A DNA stretch of 64,000 bases, taken from a virus. The stretch lies in IMG/VR virus record IMGVR_UViG_3300024991_000018; one strand, given 5' to 3'. The notes under the pieces were generated by a model. It searched no databases, was not told the origin of the DNA, and saw nothing but the letters and a program-made list of their open reading frames with translations. Below, piece after piece: positions 46,738-60,244 of the stretch. How positions within the stretch are numbered: position 1 is the stretch's first letter; each line of letters opens with the position of its first letter. Position numbers and translations under genes: made by a program.

Positions 46738-48513
46738 ATGTTAGACATTAAAGTTACGAATGATAAAGACTCAAGACGTGAAATTATAAACGGTTCATTA
46801 AGAGAGGCCATTAGATTAGCAAACGAATCATGCGGATGTGGTCATGTAAATATTTTCATTGTTAAGAAGATGCACATTAAACTGGAATCCGAATTAGTTC
46901 TCAACAAAACAATCACTTTGTTTGGAAATGGCTCTACAATTGAAGCTACAAAAGGAAGACATTTTGCAATTCACAGCGAAGGTATCACAACATTCAAAAG
47001 TTTAACTCTTAAAGGAGGAAAAGATTTATATGGTGGTAGTATAAACTCCAAATCTTTAAGAGGAACCCTTATCCTTGAAGATGTTGATATTTCTCACAAT
47101 AGAGCAGAATATGGTGGTGCTATATATTCTTTCGGCAATTTGATCTTAAGGAGGTCAAAAGCTGAACATAACACTGCTTTAAAGCAAGGTGGTGCTTTAT
47201 GGTGTCATAAAGACCTCATTTTGGAAGAGAGTAAAATTAAACACAACAGTGTTTTGGAAGTGTCAAGTGACAACTATGGCGGTGGTGTCGTTATTGATGA
47301 CGGAAATGCTACTCTCATCAAAAGTACTATAAGTGAAAATAAAGTCAATTTCAATTTGAAGGAGAAGAACGGTGGAAATTCTGGAGGTATAATTTTGATG
47401 GCTGGGTCATTGAATTTATATGACAGTGCAATTGATAGAAACGAGGCATACAGTTCAGGTGGTGTACAAATGGGAAATGGAGACATTAATCTCTTTAACA
47501 GCAGTATATCCAAAAATAAATCTTTTGTTGATGGAGATGCAACTGGTGGAGGTGGTATTGTGATTATGGTCGGAAATGTTACTTTGAATAAAAGCAGAAT
47601 TTCCGACAATACAACTAGAGGTATGTATTCAGGTTCATTAGTTTCATTCATTGGAAATGTCACTGTTAACGATTCTACAATTTCAAATAATGTTAACAGA
47701 GGTCCAGGAGGTGCAATTGCATCTAATTTCAATAGCACTGTTACTGTTAACAGAAGTAAATTGTTGAATAATACCGGTGCAAGTTTGGGTGGTGCAATTG
47801 TTAATTTTTCAAATAATTTGGGAGAAATTTCGGTAAACGAGACTGAAATATTTGGAAACACTCTTACAAACGAACAATTGATTGGTCAAACAATAGCTGC
47901 ATTTTTAAATGTCATAATTGGCGCCAAAAATCAAAGTGACACCAATGCTAGTAAATCAATTAATCCATCAACGGGTGAAATCAATGGTGGAGCTTCAAAA
48001 TTGATAAATTCACTTAAGGATTTGGAAGGATTGGCACGTGCTGCAGATGAGTTATTGAAAAAGATAACATTTGCTAAATATGCTATTGGAGGAGGTGCAA
48101 TTGCAACTTTACTGAAATGTCCAATTAATATTCATAAGAGTCATTTTACCAATAATTTTGTTGCTAAGAAAGTAACAGAGAAGAATTGTAGATTTGAAGG
48201 TTATGGTGGAGCTTTATTCACAATTAATTCATTGACTACAATCGGTGATGCTATATTTGGTGAAAATAAATCAACATCATTCGCATCCGCAATCTTTAAT
48301 GATTCACAATTAATTGTGAATAATTCCGAATTTCTCGGAAATAAAGCAGAGAAAGATTTTACTATAACCAATGGTGAAAATGGAAATGCTTTGATTGCTA
48401 ACTCCAAATTCAAAGATAATAATTGTATCGATATACATAATAAGGGTAGACTTGTTTTGATTAATACTAATGTGTCTGTTTCATCTACCAATGAATATAT
48501 TAAATTAAATTAA
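46738..48513 (+). CDS. Right-handed beta-helix (Pmp/pectin-lyase-like) repeat protein
   Basis: Many GGAI/GGG(V/I) motifs with (I/F)xxN spacing; N-terminal GSLREAI. Confidence 0.85.
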   Translation: MLDIKVTNDKDSRREIINGSLREAIRLANESCGCGHVNIFIVKKMHIKLESELVLNKTITLFGNGSTIEATKGRHFAIHSEGITTFKSLTLKGGKDLYGGSINSKSLRGTLILEDVDISHNRAEYGGAIYSFGNLILRRSKAEHNTALKQGGALWCHKDLILEESKIKHNSVLEVSSDNYGGGVVIDDGNATLIKSTISENKVNFNLKEKNGGNSGGIILMAGSLNLYDSAIDRNEAYSSGGVQMGNGDINLFNSSISKNKSFVDGDATGGGGIVIMVGNVTLNKSRISDNTTRGMYSGSLVSFIGNVTVNDSTISNNVNRGPGGAIASNFNSTVTVNRSKLLNNTGASLGGAIVNFSNNLGEISVNETEIFGNTLTNEQLIGQTIAAFLNVIIGAKNQSDTNASKSINPSTGEINGGASKLINSLKDLEGLARAADELLKKITFAKYAIGGGAIATLLKCPINIHKSHFTNNFVAKKVTEKNCRFEGYGGALFTINSLTTIGDAIFGENKSTSFASAIFNDSQLIVNNSEFLGNKAEKDFTITNGENGNALIANSKFKDNNCIDIHNKGRLVLINTNVSVSSTNEYIKLN

Positions 48514-48589
48514 ATTAAATTATGATGAACGTTAAATGGTAAATTATATTTTCAATGAAAATATGATATTTTTAAAATGTTAATATGAT

Positions 48590-49060
48590 GTATATGCTAC
48601 ACAGGATTATTTAGAAATAATTATGTTTGTGCTGCCAATTGACAGCTAATCCCCTTTATGTTAACTGATACAGATCTCCCTGTCGGTCGCTCTGTATTAG
48701 TTAACATAAAGATTATTGCAAAAGTGCATGCACCTGTATGATTTAATCACGTTCAAATAATTTGTGTGATATATCAATAGGAAAAATAAATTGTCGCAAG
48801 AATTTCGCGACAATCCATTTTTCATTATGATTTATATGTGAGTTAATTACAAATTATAAATTGAAAGTTGTAAATAATGACAATCTATACATGTATTACA
48901 CAAAAAATATTTAGGAGTAATTATGTTTATGCTGTCAATTGACAGCTAATCCCCTTTATGTTAACGATGTAGAACTCCTGACGTCGTTCTACATTGCCAA
49001 CATAAAGATTATTGCAAAAGTGTATGCACCTGTATGATTTAATTATGTTTAAATATTTCT
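48590..49060. ncRNA. Two further copies (300-bp period) of structured family S, inverted relative to the 39-kb pair
   Basis: GATACAGATCTCCCTGTCGGTCGCTCTGTAT is nearly the reverse complement of GTACAGAACGACCGACAGGGAGTCTGTATC at ~39347; flanks CTTT/AAAGAT, GCATGC, GTATG and TGTGATATATC are also shared. Confidence 0.55.
48788..48830 (-). mobile_element. Internally deleted family E element between the two S copies
   Basis: Reverse complement ATGAAAAATGGATTGTCGCGAAATTCTTGCGACAATTT. Confidence 0.65.
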
Positions 49061-49188
49061 GTGTATGCCTTCAAATATTACACTCCTCCAAATAATTAAT
49101 AATGGTCATTATATCTTCTCCTACTTCATCCATCCACATCATTTCATACAATAAAATGATCCATTATTTAATTAAATAATTAAAACAA

Positions 49189-49785
49189 ATGAATATAACT
49201 AATAGAGAACATTGGATTTATTTCAAAAATTATATTAATGATCAAAATCATGAGTTCTTTAATTCTGTATACAGCGAAATTAAACCGTTAGTGTCACTTT
49301 ATAAAACAAATTATTATGGTAATACTTATGAATCAAGAAGAGAATCATGTGTTTTTGTCAAAAAAGACAGCGGTCTTCCAAAAAATTGGTCATATCACGA
49401 CATAAATACATATACATGGGATGTGTCACAAACAATGACAAATTTAAAATTAAATATTGAGGATACACTCAAACATTTCGGCTATAATGTCGATTTTGAT
49501 TATTGTTTGGTTCACATTTATAGAGACGGCAATGATAAAATTGACAAACATTCTGATAGAGAGAGTTTAAATAACATAATTGCAAGTTTGTCGCTGGGAG
49601 CTACCAGAAAATTCAGATTTCAAAAGAATGGGGTCAAATCTGGTCATGAGGAAGAATTTCATTTAGAAAATGGTGATTTGTTGATCATGAAAGAAGATTG
49701 TCAAAAAATATATCATCATTGGGTGCCAGTTGAAAAGAGAGTGCTAACTCCAAGAATAAATTTCACGTTCAGAAAAATAGAATAA
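49189..49785 (+). CDS. alkB: AlkB-family 2OG-Fe(II) dioxygenase (ALKBH2/3-like DNA repair)
   Basis: YRDGNDKIDKHSD (HxD), SLSLGATRKFRF, LENGDLLIM, HHWVP, RINFTFR. Confidence 0.92.
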   Translation: MNITNREHWIYFKNYINDQNHEFFNSVYSEIKPLVSLYKTNYYGNTYESRRESCVFVKKDSGLPKNWSYHDINTYTWDVSQTMTNLKLNIEDTLKHFGYNVDFDYCLVHIYRDGNDKIDKHSDRESLNNIIASLSLGATRKFRFQKNGVKSGHEEEFHLENGDLLIMKEDCQKIYHHWVPVEKRVLTPRINFTFRKIE

Positions 49786-49831
49786 TTTATGAAACTAATT
49801 ATTTTTTCCAATGGAAAAAATTACATGTTTA

Positions 49832-50758
49832 TTAGGAATTAATTGTTATCTTGGACAACCCTTCAACTAAATCATAGTTTACAACATCCTCATTTATATT
49901 TTCCTCGTTTAAATCATGTATAAAAAATTCTGTTGAGCATGTTGAAATGTATGATTTTAAATTATTTACATTTAATAAAAATTCTTCTTTTAATTCTCTG
50001 ATAGCACATTCTTTAGGAGTTTCATATAACTTCCTTTTACCATGTGAGACATCAATAAATGTTTCTTTTCCAGGAATTATATTTACACCTACGAGTATGT
50101 ACTCATCTATATATTTTTCACTTTTACTAATTTTCTTTATAATTTGCTTTAAAACATGATTTATGGAGATTTCTTCACTATTATGTGGATCATAGATTGA
50201 TTCTTTGTCTATTAAGGATGAAATAGAAACTGACAACAATGTTTCACACATATCCTGATTTTCATTTTCTATTTTTGAAAATGATTTATCTTCTATGTTT
50301 AAGATGTTATTTAACCTCCTCATATTAATTATATTTAACAGCTGTTCATTAGTTCCAATAATTATCGTACCACCATGTCCACTTTTTGTAAATTCAATTA
50401 TACACGGACATATGTCAATCTCTTCTTTATTTGTTCTTATAATATCATCAAAATATTTATCTTTAATTAAGAAAAATTTACCATAATAATCATCATTGTC
50501 TATTGCTTCTTGATATGAACAACCAATTGTGAAAAATCTATAATTGTCAAATTTCATATAAAAATCTTTACAATATGTTTTTGTAGCAAATGATTTATTG
50601 TTGAATGGCACATGAACTCTTGATTTAATGGGAATTTTATCAATAATAGTTACAACAAATTCATCACAAGTTGCGCTAATTTCATAACCAATATCATTGT
50701 TATCATATGACTTAAACAAAAATTTCCTCAAGGATTTTATCTTTAAAAATGTAAACAT
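49832..50758 (-). CDS. Protein with C-terminal Nudix-box-like motif
   Basis: GKRKLYETPKECAIRELKEE fits GX5EX7REUXEE. Confidence 0.7.
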   Translation of the reverse strand: MFTFLKIKSLRKFLFKSYDNNDIGYEISATCDEFVVTIIDKIPIKSRVHVPFNNKSFATKTYCKDFYMKFDNYRFFTIGCSYQEAIDNDDYYGKFFLIKDKYFDDIIRTNKEEIDICPCIIEFTKSGHGGTIIIGTNEQLLNIINMRRLNNILNIEDKSFSKIENENQDMCETLLSVSISSLIDKESIYDPHNSEEISINHVLKQIIKKISKSEKYIDEYILVGVNIIPGKETFIDVSHGKRKLYETPKECAIRELKEEFLLNVNNLKSYISTCSTEFFIHDLNEENINEDVVNYDLVEGLSKITINS

Positions 50759-50807
50759 TTATCCTGAAAAAAATTAAAATTATTAATTTCATTTTATCTT
50801 GGCCATC

Positions 50808-54430
<3,623 letters not shown>

Positions 54431-54493
54431 TTAAAAGAATAAAAATTTTTATGTTATTCAACGATATAAACTTTTATTATTTTCATATAAACA

Positions 54494-54865
54494 ATGGGTG
54501 GAAAATCCTCCATTTTAAAGCATTTTGAAATGGATAGATTCCAAGGTGATTGGCATGTATATTCAATAAAAGATTCCAGAATAGATTATGCTGATCATTC
54601 ATTTGTTAAATGGGAATATTGTGAAGTTGAACAAAAATTTTTATATTGTGTTTGTAATACCGAATTTATAAACATTACAAAGTTTAAAAGAACCAAGAAG
54701 TCAACTGTGCTTGTAGGTGATGATAACTTAAAGATGTGTATATACTGGACAGATTATAATAATTATGCACTTGTAAAACATTCAAATGTTTTTAAAATAT
54801 ATTCTAGAAATAAAGACATATCTCTAAATGATTTCCAACGATTATACTCAAAAATAAAGAAATAA
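54494..54865 (+). CDS. Lipocalin-like protein, possible N-myristoylation (MGGKSS)
   Basis: FEMDRFQGDWH (GxW), WTDYNNYALV (TDY), IYSR match lipocalin conserved regions. Confidence 0.8.
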   Translation: MGGKSSILKHFEMDRFQGDWHVYSIKDSRIDYADHSFVKWEYCEVEQKFLYCVCNTEFINITKFKRTKKSTVLVGDDNLKMCIYWTDYNNYALVKHSNVFKIYSRNKDISLNDFQRLYSKIKK

Positions 54866-54913
54866 TAATACATTGCATTTTACTCACATGTTTAATAAAC
54901 ATGTGTGACATAA

Positions 54914-56863
54914 TTAACTAATATTGATATTCATGTTATCAATTAATTTTTTATTCATTGATGCTTTCATTTCATCAATATATTGTTTATCGAATATATA
55001 ATTTGGTATATATTCATTATATTTAACGAAACAACCAACAATGCTGTTTACAATCTTGTCTTTTTTCATTATATCAATAATATTACCGCTGTTGAAAATA
55101 ACAGATGTATATTTGCATTTTCCTACTAATATATGTTTTGGAAGATTACATATTTTATAGTCAAATAATGTACAAAATAATAAAAATAACACATTCATAT
55201 GTAAATTATTTTTCCATTTAATCAAATATGACAATGTGTTTACAGGTGAAATGTGATAATCTATTTCTTTTTTGATATTTTCATCAATTTCTCTAACGTA
55301 AAGAGAATCATAATTTAAAACTGCTTCTGTAATATTTATCACATCCATTTTATCCAATGTCTCACCTCCGGATTTTTCCGATCTTTTTGATAAAAAGTGA
55401 TCTATTTTGTTTATTACCGAAAAATATGTTCCAATATATTCCAATTCCCATGATATTATTGATTTTATATATTTTGTTCTTATATGTACCTCCTCATCAC
55501 TTAATTCTCTCAAGTTAAAAGTATATTTTAGATCTAATTCATATGGATATCTTATTTTGCTACCACATATATCATTGTACCACATTGAAATTTTGTCAGT
55601 GTTTATTGCATATTGTAAATACTCACTCTTCTTAAAAATTTCCGAATGTTTATTTTCAATCCGTGCTAACACACTTAAAATATTGGGATTTAAAAAATTA
55701 TAATCTATTTCTTTCAACATAGCATTTATATTTTTTAAATTGATCTCGTGTAAATGAGGATGTGGATAATAAAGCGTCAAAATATTAGTGAAACAAATAA
55801 TGGCATTTGTTAGCACATCTAGATTATCAATATATTTTTCATTCTTCCATAATCTTGTGAACAATTCTAGTGCCAATACAAAAGATTGGTAATCATTTTT
55901 AAAATTCCAAAAGTAATAATATGCTGTTATAAACTTTCTGTCATTGTATTCGCTGAAGATATTGTTATGTAGATTTAAACTATTTTCTTCTCCTGGACAT
56001 TTGAGATATATACCATAACAAAAACTTCTCTCCACATGATCTATCATCAATAATTTTTCTATTTTCTTTAAACTGATACTATCAATACAGTCATAAACTA
56101 ATGTTTCAACCATATCTTTAACAGATAAATGTCCATCATGAATGCTATCCATTATTCTCATCAAAATATATTTTCTTGACCATTCATCTTCGTTCTTAAC
56201 ATCCTCTTCATCATATTTTTCTCCCTTCATTTGAGCTTCATATTTTCTCATCTTATCTTCGTTAATATACTTGGCAAAATTGGGATCGGTAAGTCCTAAT
56301 GCTTTTCTGTTCAACCCCTCAATAACTACGATACCAACTGACCAGTAATCATATTTTAAAAATACATTCCTATCTGTTATTTTCCTACTTAACACTTCAG
56401 GTGGTGCATATCTATATACTCCTCTACATTCAGGATGTGCTGTATGTACCAGTGTGGATAAACCAAAATCACACAATTTAAATATTAATCTATCAGATTT
56501 TCTATCAACCAAAATATTATCTGGTCTTATATCAAAATGAACAATGTTATACTTCTGAAGTGAATCGATGGCAGAATTCATTTGAAATAAAAATTCTGGT
56601 ATCATATCAACAAAATCAAAAGGAGATACAAGTGTAAATATTTCAGATAAACTATTCTCCATCTTCTCCATTTGAAAAGAACTAATATCATCTTCTACAT
56701 CATGTATCTTAACAATATTTTTTTCGTTCTTTAACAATTTAAGAATACCTACTTCCCAATAATTAAGTGACACATTATTATCCTTATGAAATACTTTCTT
56801 CACAAGTTTATCTGAAACATCAAATACTTTACCATAGGCACCGGGAGTATATTTATCATCCAT
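54914..56863 (-). CDS. Ser/Thr protein kinase with C-terminal cyclin-like region
   Basis: GAYGKV, HFDIRPDNILV, DFG, YAPPE, DYWSVG; C-terminal TYFSVINKIDHFLS and IDYHISPVNTLSYL resemble cyclin-box helices. Confidence 0.9.
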   Translation of the reverse strand: MDDKYTPGAYGKVFDVSDKLVKKVFHKDNNVSLNYWEVGILKLLKNEKNIVKIHDVEDDISSFQMEKMENSLSEIFTLVSPFDFVDMIPEFLFQMNSAIDSLQKYNIVHFDIRPDNILVDRKSDRLIFKLCDFGLSTLVHTAHPECRGVYRYAPPEVLSRKITDRNVFLKYDYWSVGIVVIEGLNRKALGLTDPNFAKYINEDKMRKYEAQMKGEKYDEEDVKNEDEWSRKYILMRIMDSIHDGHLSVKDMVETLVYDCIDSISLKKIEKLLMIDHVERSFCYGIYLKCPGEENSLNLHNNIFSEYNDRKFITAYYYFWNFKNDYQSFVLALELFTRLWKNEKYIDNLDVLTNAIICFTNILTLYYPHPHLHEINLKNINAMLKEIDYNFLNPNILSVLARIENKHSEIFKKSEYLQYAINTDKISMWYNDICGSKIRYPYELDLKYTFNLRELSDEEVHIRTKYIKSIISWELEYIGTYFSVINKIDHFLSKRSEKSGGETLDKMDVINITEAVLNYDSLYVREIDENIKKEIDYHISPVNTLSYLIKWKNNLHMNVLFLLFCTLFDYKICNLPKHILVGKCKYTSVIFNSGNIIDIMKKDKIVNSIVGCFVKYNEYIPNYIFDKQYIDEMKASMNKKLIDNMNINIS

Positions 56864-56900
56864 ATTTACAATATTTTATTTTCCATTAAAACGAAAAATT

Positions 56901-58736
56901 TTACAATTTTTCTCTAATTTTGTTCATCATATTCTTATATGATGTTTTGTTAGACCATCTTGTATTTCTCAATTTCATTAAACATATGTATAGATCTGAA
57001 TGTTCTACAGATAATCTTCTGATTTTTTCGTCAGTTGAAAGGTGAACACATATTTGTACAAATTTTTTATCAACTATTTTAACATACTGAGAATTGTACT
57101 GACTTGATAACAACAAATATAATGCTACAGGGTTATGTGTGTCTAGATAATCCATATATGTTATTGGCGACACATATCCATCTGTTAAATTTATTACTTT
57201 TTCACAAAGTGCAACATTTGAATTTTCTAAAATTCTACCTTTTCTGTAACCAATGCATATTTTCTTAATCACATTATAAAGATAATCTTTTCTGTACTTA
57301 ATTCCTTTCGATACTATTACATTTAAATACTTACACATTCTGAATATGTCAACGGGTTCGTTGTCATAATCATTGAGTATTAAATTAACAATATCTTCTC
57401 TATATTTCACCATATCATCTTTAATTACATAATTCTTATTCTTGTCATTGTTCACGATATTACTATTTTTCAATGGAATTGTAAACCATGTATTTAAATC
57501 ATCAGTGGGAACTGGACATATGTTAAAATCATGTATTCTACTATAAACATTTAAAAGACTTGGATTTAATATATTATGCTTTATAACTTCCAATATCTCA
57601 TGTGAATTTTTAATATCTCTGATCTTTGTATCATCTTTAAATGTGAGAAGGGCTAACAACTTTACATCTTCAATAATATTCCACACTTCAAAAGGTGTTT
57701 TCTTATTTCCAGACATATTCATATACCTGCATACTATGTCAAAAGCTATAATTGAAAAATATTTGTTATGTTCGGATGTTATATTATCAATGAATTTCAT
57801 ATTATATAAATACCACCATGTTGATACTCCCAAATCAGTTTTTGCAAAATTATAATTATTTCTCCCTACAACACCCAAATTAATTTTTCTATATCCATTT
57901 TCAACTGGAAGATGTCTATCTCTATAATTCAATTGTAACATGAGTTTTAATTTATTTGCTAGAGAACTATCTATGTCCATTGCACCAATTAACGAATTTA
58001 TTTTAAGATGTCCCTTTATGCTTCCGTCCATGATCATTTCTTCAAATCTGAATATAGATGTGTTCACATTGGAAATAGAATTATTGAAAATCCATTTTAC
58101 ACAATTACTTTCATGTATATCTTTATGCAATTTATTTCCTGAAATATACCTACATATTGTTATTCCCAATGACCACATGTCTACTTTTGTTGAGCTATCA
58201 TATGTTCTTTCATCATCTAACAATATTTCAGGTGCCATGTATTTGAAAGTACCACCTTCTTTCCCTATAATGAAACTATAAGACGTTGTTGACAATCCAA
58301 AATCGCAAAGTTTGTACTTATATGGTAAACCAGATACTAATATATTTTGTAATTTTACATCCATATGAACGAAACCCAATTCTGTCATTTTTTGAATAGC
58401 AGAGCCAATCTGTTCCAATATTACGGGTGCCTGTTCTATTCTTTTTTTCCTGGGTAGCCTATTAATTATGTCAGATAAACTAATGTCACAATATTCAAGT
58501 AATAAATAATCCTTTCCCGATTTGTGCCAATAACTTTGCAGAGAAACAACTTCAGATTCCTTCCTTAACAATTGCAATATATTAATTTCATTCAACGTCT
58601 CGGTACTATAAAAATTATTATTTATCTTTGTCTCCTTAAGAGCATATTTATTGCCTTTATATGTGCATAAATAAACCTTACCGTGCAACCCTGATCCCAA
58701 TTCGGAGATTTTTGATAAATTACTAATTGTATTCAT
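56901..58736 (-). CDS. Ser/Thr protein kinase with C-terminal cyclin-like region
   Basis: LGSGLHGKV, ALK, HMDVKLQNIL, DFG, YMAPE, DMWSLG; C-terminal IAFDIVCRYM and YVSPITYMDYL. Confidence 0.9.
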   Translation of the reverse strand: MNTISNLSKISELGSGLHGKVYLCTYKGNKYALKETKINNNFYSTETLNEINILQLLRKESEVVSLQSYWHKSGKDYLLLEYCDISLSDIINRLPRKKRIEQAPVILEQIGSAIQKMTELGFVHMDVKLQNILVSGLPYKYKLCDFGLSTTSYSFIIGKEGGTFKYMAPEILLDDERTYDSSTKVDMWSLGITICRYISGNKLHKDIHESNCVKWIFNNSISNVNTSIFRFEEMIMDGSIKGHLKINSLIGAMDIDSSLANKLKLMLQLNYRDRHLPVENGYRKINLGVVGRNNYNFAKTDLGVSTWWYLYNMKFIDNITSEHNKYFSIIAFDIVCRYMNMSGNKKTPFEVWNIIEDVKLLALLTFKDDTKIRDIKNSHEILEVIKHNILNPSLLNVYSRIHDFNICPVPTDDLNTWFTIPLKNSNIVNNDKNKNYVIKDDMVKYREDIVNLILNDYDNEPVDIFRMCKYLNVIVSKGIKYRKDYLYNVIKKICIGYRKGRILENSNVALCEKVINLTDGYVSPITYMDYLDTHNPVALYLLLSSQYNSQYVKIVDKKFVQICVHLSTDEKIRRLSVEHSDLYICLMKLRNTRWSNKTSYKNMMNKIREKL

Positions 58737-58756
58737 TTTTTTATTACAGAATAAAA

Positions 58757-59785
58757 ATGGATAAAAATGAAACTAATAATAATATTGTGGATATTAATTC
58801 AGATGTTAATGTTACAGATAAGAAGGTGAGTAACAATAAAGTAATAACAGAAATTAATGACAAATTTAATCCAATTCCCTTTTTAGCAGTTGCATTTTTG
58901 TTTCTCATTATTTCTGTCACTGCTTTAGTCTATGTCATTTATAATTTGAATAATTTACCAACTGTTACTGAAACATACCATATAAATCCAGAAGATATTC
59001 CATGTGATGAATCAGATGTTTTAGATGCATATATATTTGATTTTCCAAGTAAGCCTAACTGTCCACCTTGGACAAATAATTTTCTGGTAGATAATGATTA
59101 TCTTTTATATGAAAAACAGTTAAATGATGATGGTTGTTGTGGTTATAATAATAGTCCTCAAGGTAGATATCAATATGAATATCCATGGATATGTGTTGGA
59201 AATAGCACCGGTTATAAATACACTATAAGCGAATTGAATCAAAAGCCATATTTGACAAATGGTTCATCCGTTACTTACATTACACCACAATGTGCTTCTG
59301 GGGCCAATACTGATGGATGTATTTCACTGATAAGAGCGAGTGGTGCAAATTCAACCGTGTATAAAATTCTAAATTTGGTAAATGTGGAAAGCAGAGGAAC
59401 TACATTATTGGTAAGCGAATCAGATAAATGCAGATGTGATTATACGTCTAATTTAAGCGATCCATACAGAAATTTACAACTTGACAATTTAAGGAGAATA
59501 TCTGGTGTCAGAAACATGAATGATTTAATAGAGCAGATTGTGGGACTTGATTTTTATTTAAGTGTACAGTGTCAAATGATTAATGAGGTATATTATTATG
59601 GTAAACTTATAGGGGAAAGGGTAAATGGTAGATTTGAATTTGTTGAAGGTGATCCTATACCAATATTTATTCCACCTTTAGCATATGTCATTGTTGATAT
59701 ATTTGAGAGAGGTGGATTTACACCAATTGCTGGAGCTAATCCACCTGCTTCTGAATTGGCAGCACAAAATGTTTTCAGAAGTTAA
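58757..59785 (+). CDS. Single-pass membrane protein with Cys-rich ectodomain
   Basis: ATG at 58757 (MDKNE); hydrophobic FLAVAFLFLIISVTALVYVIY; about 10 Cys downstream. Confidence 0.8.
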   Translation: MDKNETNNNIVDINSDVNVTDKKVSNNKVITEINDKFNPIPFLAVAFLFLIISVTALVYVIYNLNNLPTVTETYHINPEDIPCDESDVLDAYIFDFPSKPNCPPWTNNFLVDNDYLLYEKQLNDDGCCGYNNSPQGRYQYEYPWICVGNSTGYKYTISELNQKPYLTNGSSVTYITPQCASGANTDGCISLIRASGANSTVYKILNLVNVESRGTTLLVSESDKCRCDYTSNLSDPYRNLQLDNLRRISGVRNMNDLIEQIVGLDFYLSVQCQMINEVYYYGKLIGERVNGRFEFVEGDPIPIFIPPLAYVIVDIFERGGFTPIAGANPPASELAAQNVFRS

Positions 59786-59828
59786 ATTTTAGATTTTTCA
59801 CTAAAAAAAATATACATTTTAAAGGAGA

Positions 59829-60068
59829 ATGTGCTTCGGTAATAACGAATTTAATTTTAACGGATTTAGTGAATTTAATAATTTTAACGCAGGTGGATTT
59901 AATAATCCTGGATTTAGTGGTAATAATTTCTCTGGAAGATATTCATCTAATGCATGTCCACTTACATTTAATATAGGTAACAGTTTCTACGGTACTGATG
60001 GCTCATTTAGTGGATTTGGAAGACCCCTTCGTGGAATACAATGCAGGTGTAGATGCAGAAGATTTTAA
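59829..60068 (+). CDS. Small F/N/G-rich low-complexity protein with CRCRCRRF tail
   Basis: 79-aa ORF, GC-richer than its flanks, followed by a CATTG hairpin. Confidence 0.65.
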   Translation: MCFGNNEFNFNGFSEFNNFNAGGFNNPGFSGNNFSGRYSSNACPLTFNIGNSFYGTDGSFSGFGRPLRGIQCRCRCRRF

Positions 60069-60244
60069 AATATTTTCAATATGTATATATGAACATTGTT
60101 TGTATATTGTCCAAAATAATTGATTTTTCATATTTTATTGTGCATGATACAATTTACATTTTACTAGCATCAATTAAAAACATGTTGTATTATTTGGTCA
60201 ATTTATATATTTTGGAAATAAGGTCAAAATTCATTAAAATATAA

